A stretch of 40,095 nt of DNA from a virus (Duplodnaviria > Caudoviricetes): the IMG/VR virus record IMGVR_UViG_3300049049_000213, positions 1 through 40,095 of that record, one strand, 5' to 3'. Positions 1-7,089 of this stretch are shown here, one piece after another. The position numbers and the translations under genes are program-made. Position 1 is the stretch's first letter. Each line of letters begins with the position of its first letter. The notes beneath the pieces were generated by a model. It had not been told where the DNA came from. It saw only the letters and a list, made by a program, of their open reading frames with translations, and searched no databases.

Positions 1-127
1 GGGTGCGCGAGCGACTGTGATGGAGCCCGAGGAGCACCAGCGCGGCGTCTACCTCTCATGGAGCGAGACGCTGCGCCGACTGCGGGCGACGCTGGAGGTG
101 CGCGGCTACGACCCGGACACGCTCACT
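1..127 (+). repeat. Terminal overlap, left copy (identical to 39969-40095)
   Basis: Exact 127-bp match between the two ends; the length equals a common assembler k-mer, indicating circularity. Confidence 0.95.
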
Positions 128-154
128 ATCAGCGTGCGCCGGAAGAAGGCGGAA

Positions 155-372
155 CCGGGGATCTAGCCGGGGATCACGCGAGCGTTTCGGAGAGATTCAG
201 AGAGCGGGACAAGGGATTCGAACCCTCGACTTCAACCTTGGCAAGTCTGAGGGCGACTCCGAAGAGGGCTCAGAACGCGCGGTTTCCAAGGCTTCCTTGT
301 CAGCCGAGGGCGGCTCGTGAGGACTGAAATGGACTGTTCTGGAGCCTAGCCCGGGGATCTATCCGGGGATCT
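155..372 (+). repeat. Integrase arm-type sites: four CCGGGGATC(T/A) direct repeats at 155, 167, 351, 363
   Basis: Two tandem pairs, each with a 12-bp period, one pair on either side of the att core. Confidence 0.8.
202..245 (-). other. attP: attP core: 3' half of tRNA-Gly(GCC)
   Basis: Minus strand reads CTTGCCAAGGTTGAAGTCGAGGGTTCGAATCCCTTGTCCCGCTC (GCC anticodon loop, T arm, acceptor 3' strand); no D arm or 5' half; about 0.3 kb downstream of the integrase across the circular junction. Confidence 0.92.
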
Positions 373-496
373 CTGGAGCTAGTCATTATCGAACTGAGGT
401 TCCGTCCGCGGCCCCTTGTGAACGCGGGCGATTCGATGAGCGCGGTGGTCATGCAGGACAGTTGGGCCGGATTCAGCCGGCGAGGAGGGTGCGAAG

Positions 497-772
497 ATGG
501 CGAAGTTCAGGAAGAAGCCGGTGGTGATCGAGGCGGTTCAGGTGCGCGACTTCTTCGAGAAGCCGGTCACGCAGGTGCCCGCATGGGCCGGCGACGCGGC
601 GGTCGAGGGCAAGCTCAGGTTCTTCCGCGAAGAGCAATGCGTGCAGGTCCACACGCTCGAAGGCGTGATGGAGGGCAGCGTCGACGACTGGATCATCCGC
701 GGCGTTAAGGGCGAGTTGTACCCGTGCAAGCCGGACATCTTCGCGGCGACGTACGAGCAGGCCGACGAGTAG
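497..772 (+). CDS. Conserved small phage protein (PGDYG-like, RKKPVVIEA...DWIIRGVKGELYPCKPDIF)
   Basis: Recognisable motif set; SD GAGGAGG upstream. Confidence 0.85.
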   Translation: MAKFRKKPVVIEAVQVRDFFEKPVTQVPAWAGDAAVEGKLRFFREEQCVQVHTLEGVMEGSVDDWIIRGVKGELYPCKPDIFAATYEQADE

Positions 773-815
773 CCGCCGCATGCCGCGGTGTGCTGAGCAG
801 GTGAGGAGGATGAGG

Positions 816-1076
816 ATGGCGAGTCGACACGATGAGGAGGCGCTTCCGCTCGAAGGTGCACGCATCGAGCAGCGTCACCTTGACGCCGCTCGCGAACTCC
901 GCGGGCACCCGCCCGTGTGGATCGCTGCCGCCCTCGCGGCTGCGGAGCGTCGCGGACTGGAGCTGGCGCGGGCCGAGTGCCACCGCGTCTCCGTCAGCAG
1001 CGACCGGACGGCGCACGATGCTGTTGTCGAGTGCGTCGAGCGGATCGACGCCCTGCTCGCCGAGGAGCCCCGATGA
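816..1076 (+). CDS. Hypothetical protein
   Basis: SD AGGAGG 6 nt upstream; ATGA-coupled to the next gene. Confidence 0.6.
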   Translation: MASRHDEEALPLEGARIEQRHLDAARELRGHPPVWIAAALAAAERRGLELARAECHRVSVSSDRTAHDAVVECVERIDALLAEEPR

Positions 1077-1324
1077 CTCGGCACGAGGCAGCGTCGTTGA
1101 CGGCCGAGGAGGTCGAGGCCATCCGGCAGCGGATGCGCCAAGGCATCAGCGGCATGCTCGACGCCGGCCGCCTGCTCCGGGCTCTCGACGAGCAGGCGGC
1201 CGAGCTCGCGAGACTGCGGCGGGTGGAGGCGGCTGCGTGGGACGTGCGCTGCGCCAACACTGACGACGACGACGCGCATGACGCGCTGTACGCCGCCCTC
1301 GACGGGAGCGGCTCCGATGGCTGA
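1073..1324 (+). CDS. Hypothetical helical protein (MTRHEAASLTAEEVEAIR)
   Basis: SD GAGGAG, ATGA overlap, coding-like codon use. Confidence 0.7.
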   Translation: MTRHEAASLTAEEVEAIRQRMRQGISGMLDAGRLLRALDEQAAELARLRRVEAAAWDVRCANTDDDDAHDALYAALDGSGSDG

Positions 1325-1619
1325 TGAGATCGCCGAGCTGCGTGCCGAGAACGAGCGACTGCGCGCGGACCTGGACCACGCACACGCTGGCGCGATCGAC
1401 CGCATGCTGGCTGAGACGCAGCGGGCGCCGGCTCGCATCCGTGAACTGCTCGCCGAGAACGCCAGGCTGCGGGCCGAGCTTGAGGCGGCGCGCGCGGTGG
1501 TGGACGACCTGCGTTGCGTTGCCGCAGACGCTGACTCGACGCCGCTCATGGTGGTGCGTTGGGCGCGCCGGACGCTCGCCCGCTACGACGCGGCCCGCGG
1601 TGGGCAGGAGGTGGGGTGA
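1317..1619 (+). CDS. Hypothetical coiled-coil protein (MADEIAELRAENERL)
   Basis: SD GGGAG; two AENxRLRA heptad segments. Confidence 0.7.
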   Translation: MADEIAELRAENERLRADLDHAHAGAIDRMLAETQRAPARIRELLAENARLRAELEAARAVVDDLRCVAADADSTPLMVVRWARRTLARYDAARGGQEVG

Positions 1620-1813
1620 TGGACCGACAGCCGCAGTGCTGCCGCGAGTGCGGAGCGCCGTGCCCACGGATGCGCTGGTGCTACGCGATCCCAATGTGCT
1701 TCGCGTGCCTCCCTCCGCCGCCGCCAATCCCGGTGCTGTCCTGGCCTACCGCCCCCGTCGAAGGCAACGCGGCCGACGCACGACCCGACGCCGCCGAGGG
1801 CCACGACCCGTGA
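1619..1813 (+). CDS. Small Cys-rich (CxxC...CxxC) protein
   Basis: TGATG coupling, SD AGGAGG. Confidence 0.55.
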   Translation: MDRQPQCCRECGAPCPRMRWCYAIPMCFACLPPPPPIPVLSWPTAPVEGNAADARPDAAEGHDP

Positions 1814-1912
1814 GCCGAGGCCGCGGCTGTCTTGGCGGCTCGGGCTTCTCGAGCGAGAGCAGCGCATCAAGGTCAGGCCACAAGTACGCTGTCATTCACC
1901 ACCGAGGTTGCG

Positions 1913-2110
1913 ATGTCCGAGGCCGCACGACGTGAGAAGCGCTGGGTCTGCTGGCACGTGGAGTTGATGCTCCAAGACGCGCTCTCGCAGGACTTCGAGT
2001 GGCTCTCGGAGGACGTCGACGGGAACGTCGTGGACGACGCAACGCGCAAGCGCCGGTTGCAGGCGGTCCGAGATCTCATCAGCGAGATGCATCGCCGCGG
2101 CGCCGAGTAG
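1913..2110 (+). CDS. Hypothetical protein
   Basis: SD GAGGT; last rightward gene, convergent on the endolysin. Confidence 0.65.
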   Translation: MSEAARREKRWVCWHVELMLQDALSQDFEWLSEDVDGNVVDDATRKRRLQAVRDLISEMHRRGAE

Positions 2111-2112
2111 CC

Positions 2113-2829
2113 TCACGCCGCCCGCCTCGCGCTAGCCCACCCTCGCGCCGCGAGCGCTTCGATCAGCAGCCCCGCCGCGTCGCGCTTCTGCGGCCCGCCC
2201 AGCGTCATGTGCTCGATCGCGCCTTCTTGCTGCGCGAGTTCGGCCGCCGAGAGCAGCGCGGTCGACGTCGGCGGCAGCACGCGCGGGATGCCGCAGACGG
2301 TCGCCAGCGTATCGCAGAGTCGCGCCCACGTCTCGACGATGGCATCGCTCGGGCGCACGACGCGGAGCCGCTGTCCGTCGACCACGCGCGGCAGGATGTG
2401 CACGCCGTCGATGCCGAGTCGGCGCGCCTGCGACTCGTAGCCGCACCAGGCGATCTCGACGCCGATGCTCCGCGAGATGACGGGCCGCGAGCCGACGTGG
2501 ATCGTCGCCGTGTCGAGGTCGGCCGTCTGCCAGCACAGGCCATCCCACGAGATGACGAAGCCGCACGACACGCTCATGTCGGAGCCGTCCTCGCGGCGTC
2601 GCGCGTTCATGTTCGCGACCATCTTGCGAGCCGCACCGGGGCCGACGTGGTGACGACCGCCGCCCCAGTGCCCGACGATGAGCCGCGGCCGATGGCCGTT
2701 GCGCGGGCGCACGTCGCTGCTCGTGAGGTCCCACCAGGCCGACGGGTCGCGGAGCACCCACTCTGTTCCGCCGATGACGCGACCGCCATGGACGATGCCG
2801 CTCGCGATGTCGCCGGGACGCGGGGTCAC
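2113..2829 (-). CDS. Endolysin, Zn N-acetylmuramoyl-L-alanine amidase (Amidase_2-like)
   Basis: Motifs PRLIVGHW, VSCGFVISWDG, IHVG...SIGVEI and EH...KRD give His/His/Asp Zn ligands; GTGA-coupled start with SD GGAGG. Confidence 0.78.
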   Translation of the reverse strand: MTPRPGDIASGIVHGGRVIGGTEWVLRDPSAWWDLTSSDVRPRNGHRPRLIVGHWGGGRHHVGPGAARKMVANMNARRREDGSDMSVSCGFVISWDGLCWQTADLDTATIHVGSRPVISRSIGVEIAWCGYESQARRLGIDGVHILPRVVDGQRLRVVRPSDAIVETWARLCDTLATVCGIPRVLPPTSTALLSAAELAQQEGAIEHMTLGGPQKRDAAGLLIEALAARGWASARRAA

Positions 2830-2963
2830 CACGCCCTCCATGCCTCGCGAGCGAGCAGCCACGCGCCGAGCGCGGCGAGGTACAGCAGCGTCGCGAAGCC
2901 GGCAGCGGAGCCGCCGAGCACGAGCCAGAGGCCGATGGGCCACGCGGGCTCACGGCGCCTCAT
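2826..2963 (-). CDS. Small single-TM protein (holin/antiholin candidate)
   Basis: 45 aa with a long hydrophobic stretch, directly upstream of the endolysin. Confidence 0.55.
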   Translation of the reverse strand: MRRREPAWPIGLWLVLGGSAAGFATLLYLAALGAWLLAREAWRAW

Positions 2964-3124
2964 GCGACACCCGCCGCGCAGAGGCGCCACCGCGCGATGA
3001 CCAGCGACGCCGCGCGCTCCGCCGTCGTCAGGTCTACGCCACGCAGGAGCAGCAGCGCTGTGATGATGGCGGGCCGGCCCTCGTGCATGAACGCAGAGCG
3101 GCGCGTTCGGTCGGGAAGCGTCAT
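2960..3124 (-). CDS. Hypothetical protein (54 aa)
   Basis: SD GGAGG; coupled at both ends. Confidence 0.55.
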   Translation of the reverse strand: MTLPDRTRRSAFMHEGRPAIITALLLLRGVDLTTAERAASLVIARWRLCAAGVA

Positions 3125-3297
3125 CGCGCCTCCGCGTCGAGGCCCCACGCAAGCACGCGGATAACAACCTCCAGCCAAGTCACTCCCGCTGCGTGGTCCG
3201 CCGCGCCGCGCCGCTTCCCTTCCGAAGCGTGGCGTTCTGCCATCGCCTCGAACCGACGCGCGCCTGCGATGAAGACGTCGATTTTTGCGAGGCTCAC
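3121..3297 (-). CDS. Hypothetical protein MSLAKIDVFIAG (58 aa, not in the ORF track)
   Basis: Hand-translated; SD GGAGG; GTGA/ATGA overlaps at both ends. Confidence 0.55.
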   Translation of the reverse strand: MSLAKIDVFIAGARRFEAMAERHASEGKRRGAADHAAGVTWLEVVIRVLAWGLDAEAR

Positions 3298-3491
3298 GGC
3301 TCCTCCTCCTGCTCGTCGTTGTGCTTGCGCAGTGCCTCGGTGACGGCCTTGAGGCTCTGGCTGCTCGCACTCCTGCGGCGCACGGCAACGCGCCCGAGCT
3401 CGGCTGAGCCCTCCGCGCGCGGGTCAGACGGCGACGTGGTCACCGACTCGATCACGCCGAGCCGCTTGCCGCAGTGAGGGCAGTGGCTCAC
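3294..3491 (-). CDS. Small CPHCG-containing protein
   Basis: MSHCPHCGKRLG; coupled at both ends. Confidence 0.55.
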   Translation of the reverse strand: MSHCPHCGKRLGVIESVTTSPSDPRAEGSAELGRVAVRRRSASSQSLKAVTEALRKHNDEQEEEP

Positions 3492-3588
3492 GGCTGCCTC
3501 GCAGGGTGGTCTTGAGAATCGCCGCGAACGCGATTTTCGCGAGCGTTCACGCGCACTTGAGGCGATTCTGAGAGTGGCTCGCGAACGG

Positions 3589-3774
3589 TCACCCGCCGAC
3601 TCCGTAGTGTTCGCGCGCGCGCTTGCGCAACTCCGCGATCGCGTCCTCGTCCTTCGGCACCTCGGCGAAGATCTCGCCAACCGTGCGCCCAGTGTCGCCG
3701 CGCTGGACCGCGTCGTAGACGGCGAGGCCGAGGCGGATGAGCAGCTGCACCCACGAGACGATCTCAGCCGGCAT
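3589..3774 (-). CDS. Small amphipathic protein MPAEIVSWVQLLIRLG (lysis accessory?)
   Basis: SD GGAGGAGG; follows the lipoprotein gene. Confidence 0.65.
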   Translation of the reverse strand: MPAEIVSWVQLLIRLGLAVYDAVQRGDTGRTVGEIFAEVPKDEDAIAELRKRAREHYGVGG

Positions 3775-4195
3775 CGCAGACCTCCTCCATGCCCTTCGCC
3801 ATCTCGGCGATCGCGAGCACCTCATCCGGGATGGGCACGTTCGCCGCCGTGAGCGCCTCGACGAAGCGCACCGCCGCCGCGACGACGCACGGCAGCACCT
3901 CGGCCTCCGGGCGACCGGCGCGGAGCGCAGCCTGCCCACCGAGCAGCGCGGCGCGGTACGAGTCGGCCGCGCGCTGGACGTGGACCGCGGGCGCCATGCA
4001 CGCCTCCCAGCGCTCGAGCGTCGGCTCGCTCGACTGGCAGAACGCGGAGCGCTCCTCGTAGAAGCTCACGCGCGCGCCACGCGTCGCGACGTGCACCTCG
4101 GCCTGCGCCGAGAGCACGCGTTGCGCGGCGCCTCCGCAGCCGACCGTGCACGAGCCGACGAGGATGCCGAGGCAGAGGGCGACGGCGCGGGTCAT
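3764..4195 (-). CDS. Lipoprotein in lysis region (spanin candidate)
   Basis: Signal MTRAVALCLGILVGSCTVGC with lipobox-like Cys; helical mature part. Confidence 0.65.
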   Translation of the reverse strand: MTRAVALCLGILVGSCTVGCGGAAQRVLSAQAEVHVATRGARVSFYEERSAFCQSSEPTLERWEACMAPAVHVQRAADSYRAALLGGQAALRAGRPEAEVLPCVVAAAVRFVEALTAANVPIPDEVLAIAEMAKGMEEVCDAG

Positions 4196-4500
4196 GAGGG
4201 CTCTCCCGCCTGATGCCACGCACCGCACGCGCACGGCCCGATCTCCATGTCGCATCGCACTCCGCCGTTCGTCCGGATGACACCGGCAGGCAAATCGCGG
4301 AACGTCGACGTGGGCTGCGTGCGCCACCACGGCTCTTCGACGGCCGGAGCCGTCACGACGACCGGCACGAACACCGGCCCCGAGTCGAACGGAGTCGGCG
4401 ACACAACCGGCGTCGACGGCGCGGCGATGCGCTCGCACTCCTCGGCCGTACCCTCCGCCTCGATCGTGGTGCCGTCGGGCTTCGTGATCTTGATGCGCAT
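4192..4500 (-). CDS. Hypothetical protein (MRIKITKPDGTTIEAEG, Cys-rich C-terminus)
   Basis: SD GGAGG; coupled at both ends. Confidence 0.65.
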   Translation of the reverse strand: MRIKITKPDGTTIEAEGTAEECERIAAPSTPVVSPTPFDSGPVFVPVVVTAPAVEEPWWRTQPTSTFRDLPAGVIRTNGGVRCDMEIGPCACGAWHQAGEPS

Positions 4501-4697
4501 CACTCCTCCGCCTTCCCGCCGCTCAGCAGCGCCGGCAGCAGCGATTGCACCAGCGCCCAGACGACGCCGACGCCAGCGACGATGGGCGCGCGGCCCGCCT
4601 CGTCGGAGAGGCCGTAGGCGAGGCCCACGGCGACGACGCCGCAGCCAGCCACGATGGCCGCGGGGATGTGGAGCTTCTCGGGGATCGCAAGCTTCAT
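4500..4697 (-). CDS. Two-TM holin candidate
   Basis: 65 aa, two hydrophobic segments, charged C-terminus; SD AAGGAG. Confidence 0.6.
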   Translation of the reverse strand: MKLAIPEKLHIPAAIVAGCGVVAVGLAYGLSDEAGRAPIVAGVGVVWALVQSLLPALLSGGKAEE

Positions 4698-5101
4698 GCG
4701 GTCTCCTTCACTGCATCGGACACCGCGCGCATCGGCTGCGGGGTCAGTCGGTCCATGCGCGCCGAGAGCTCGGCGACCTTCGCCAGCGCCTCTCTGGTGC
4801 GCGCCTCGCACGCCTCCTCACGCTCGCGACTCTCGCGCTCGATGCGCTCCCCGCGCTCATGGCACTCATCGAGTCGGCGCCCTGCGGCGTCGAGGTCGGT
4901 GCGCATCGATCCGAGCATCGCCGTAACGCGCTCCTCCGCAGCGGCGCGCGTCTCCGCCTCGACGCGGTCTGCGTTCGCTCGAGCGGCGAGCGCATCGGAG
5001 CGCTTGCGCAGCGCGTACGCGCCGGCCGCGATGAGCGACGAGACGCCGAGGCCGCCAGACCCGAGTGCGGCGCCCACGTGGACGAGGTCGTCGAGGGTCA
5101 T
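4694..5101 (-). CDS. N-terminal TM plus coiled-coil protein (i-spanin or holin accessory candidate)
   Basis: Hydrophobic N-terminus followed by a long charged helix; first gene of the lysis region. Confidence 0.6.
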   Translation of the reverse strand: MTLDDLVHVGAALGSGGLGVSSLIAAGAYALRKRSDALAARANADRVEAETRAAAEERVTAMLGSMRTDLDAAGRRLDECHERGERIERESREREEACEARTREALAKVAELSARMDRLTPQPMRAVSDAVKETA

Positions 5102-5490
5102 CAGAAGTCCTCCTCGTCGGAGTCGTTGTCGGTCACCTTGGAGAAGGCGCGCCCAGCGGCGAGATTGAGCGTGAACGTCTGACCGGCACCAGGCACCGAG
5201 CGGCCTAGGTACGTCGCAGGCACCGTGAGCGTCTGCCCGTCGAGCGCAGCGAGGGGCGGGTAGTCCACCGGCAGGATGACGAACGCCGCGATGCCTTGCG
5301 TTGCGAGCGTCGAGCCGGCGCGCGTGCGCTTCGGGCGCACGAAGTAGAGCACCTGCCGCGGAGCGGGAGACCGCGCATCAACGGCGCGGCCTTCGGTCTT
5401 CGGATACCCGAGCGCGACGTTAAGCGCAGCGCACCGCGCAACGGCGCCCGCGAACGTCGGAAAGGTGAAGACTCGCTTCGTGAAGGCCAT
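5101..5490 (-). CDS. Hypothetical protein downstream of fibre gene (possible chaperone)
   Basis: Start MAFTKRVFTF 1 nt after the upstream stop. Confidence 0.65.
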   Translation of the reverse strand: MAFTKRVFTFPTFAGAVARCAALNVALGYPKTEGRAVDARSPAPRQVLYFVRPKRTRAGSTLATQGIAAFVILPVDYPPLAALDGQTLTVPATYLGRSVPGAGQTFTLNLAAGRAFSKVTDNDSDEEDF

Positions 5491-5491
5491 A

Positions 5492-6568
5492 TCAGGAAAT
5501 CCCGCACTTGTTGGAGAAGAACGCACGCAAGTCGGCCTTCTGGCCGCTCGTGAGCGAGCCACGCGTGAGCGCCCACCCGAGGCAGCTCGCATTGCACGCG
5601 TTCGTGCCACCGGTGCCGCCGAAGATGGCGACCGACGAGCCATCTGCGTACGCGACGTGGGTGCTCGCGTCAGTGTCCTCAGCCGCGCCGTTGTTGACGC
5701 GCACGCTCTGATTGGCGCCGTCCCAATCGAACGTACCTTGACGATGCGTCGTCGTGAACGCCGTGGTGCCAGTGCTCGAGATGCTCGCGCTCGTCGTGTT
5801 GCCGAAGAGCCGCTGAGTCGCGCTCTCCGACATCGAGAAGAGCCCCGTCGTGCCGCCGTAGAGGATGAGCCGATCGCCCGCCGCGCCCGCCGCGGCGATG
5901 AGGCCGACGAAGTCAGCCTGGAATGCCGCCCACGTGCCGCCGAACGTCGCCGTCGTGTCGCGCAGAACGTTGTCGACACCATCACCCGTCACCATCGGGC
6001 GCGAGCCGGGGCCGCCCGTCGCGCTGTACGCCGGCCGGTTCGTGGCGGCCGGTGCAGAGAGCACGACCTCGGCCTTCTTGCCGCCGTACGCCGCCGCCCA
6101 CTGGTCGACGGTCGTATCGCCGTCGGCAAGCGTGAGCCCGCTGGTCGAGACGCCGATTGCCGTGTCGGGGAACGCGGTGTCGGGCGCGAATGAGAGGTTG
6201 TTGCTGTCCTGCGAGGCGCTGCCGAACGCGTTGACCGCGGTCACCACGCAGTCGATCGCGACGGTGTCGTCGATGTCAGCCGCGACAGGCGTGTAGCTGT
6301 TCGACGTGGCGCCGCCGATGTTCGCGCCAGCGCGCCGCCACTGGTAGGTGAAGGATGGCGAGCCAGTCCACGTGCCGTCGGTGACGCTGAGCGTGCCGCC
6401 GATCGTGACGGTGCCACTCGCGACGGGAGCAACGGTGTTGACGGGCGCGGAGCCGCCGCTAGAGCCGCGGCGCAGCGCTCGGCCGTCGTCCCACGGCAGA
6501 GCGTCGGAGCGCAGCGTCTCGTTGACCGACGAGACGAGCGGGCGCCATTTCATGCGGACGAGCGTCAT
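5492..6568 (-). CDS. Virion fibre/adhesin: Ig-like domain plus ConA/LamG-like beta-sandwich
   Basis: APVNTVAPVASG...GTWTGSPSFTYQW...YTPVAAD is Ig-like; V.QW...APAATNRP...GDGVD...WDGANQSVRVN is lectin-like. Confidence 0.7.
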   Translation of the reverse strand: MTLVRMKWRPLVSSVNETLRSDALPWDDGRALRRGSSGGSAPVNTVAPVASGTVTIGGTLSVTDGTWTGSPSFTYQWRRAGANIGGATSNSYTPVAADIDDTVAIDCVVTAVNAFGSASQDSNNLSFAPDTAFPDTAIGVSTSGLTLADGDTTVDQWAAAYGGKKAEVVLSAPAATNRPAYSATGGPGSRPMVTGDGVDNVLRDTTATFGGTWAAFQADFVGLIAAAGAAGDRLILYGGTTGLFSMSESATQRLFGNTTSASISSTGTTAFTTTHRQGTFDWDGANQSVRVNNGAAEDTDASTHVAYADGSSVAIFGGTGGTNACNASCLGWALTRGSLTSGQKADLRAFFSNKCGIS

Positions 6569-7089
6569 CACGCCGCCAGCGAGTAGAGCGCCGAGAGCGT
6601 CCCGGGCGTGGCGGTGACGCCAACTTCCGCCGCGATGAAATGGAACCACCGGTACGGCGTGACGTCGAGGACGATCGCCTGCCGGTACTCGTCAGTCGCC
6701 GCAGCTGCCGCCGAGAGCCGCACCGCGAGCCCGTAGGTAAGCGCGACGCCCTGCGGCTGCGTGAGCGTGTAGTCGGCGCCCGTTGGCAGCGTGCCGGAGA
6801 GCGCGCCCGCCGTGATGGAGCCGTCCCATACGGGCATCTGGAACCACGAGTCGTCACCCGCGGCGGGCTGGGCGCCTGCGTTGCTGATGAGAGGGACGAT
6901 CGCCGGGTAGCCACCGATCGCCGCCGGGTCGTAGTCGATCAGGAGCACGACGCGACGAGCGCTCGAGACTTCGATGATGGACGACCGCGTCCATGCGCCA
7001 GACGCGGCGAGCGCAGCCGACGTGAAGATGGTGCCGCTGGAGGTCTGGGCCGCGCGCGGCGCGTGATTCGTGATGTCGGCGATCATCAT
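6568..7089 (-). CDS. Beta-rich structural protein (possible fibre/spike base)
   Basis: Position, Ala/Thr/Ser-rich beta pattern, coupled to the fibre gene. Confidence 0.55.
   Translation of the reverse strand: MMIADITNHAPRAAQTSSGTIFTSAALAASGAWTRSSIIEVSSARRVVLLIDYDPAAIGGYPAIVPLISNAGAQPAAGDDSWFQMPVWDGSITAGALSGTLPTGADYTLTQPQGVALTYGLAVRLSAAAAATDEYRQAIVLDVTPYRWFHFIAAEVGVTATPGTLSALYSLAA

Noticed and set aside
202-245. Functional tRNA-Gly gene
   Set aside because: Only the anticodon loop to acceptor 3' strand is present; no 5' half or CCA.
2830-2943. N-terminal extension or SAR domain on the endolysin
   Set aside because: The extension is Arg-rich and overlaps a separate TM gene in another frame; SD and GTGA overlap support a start at 2829.
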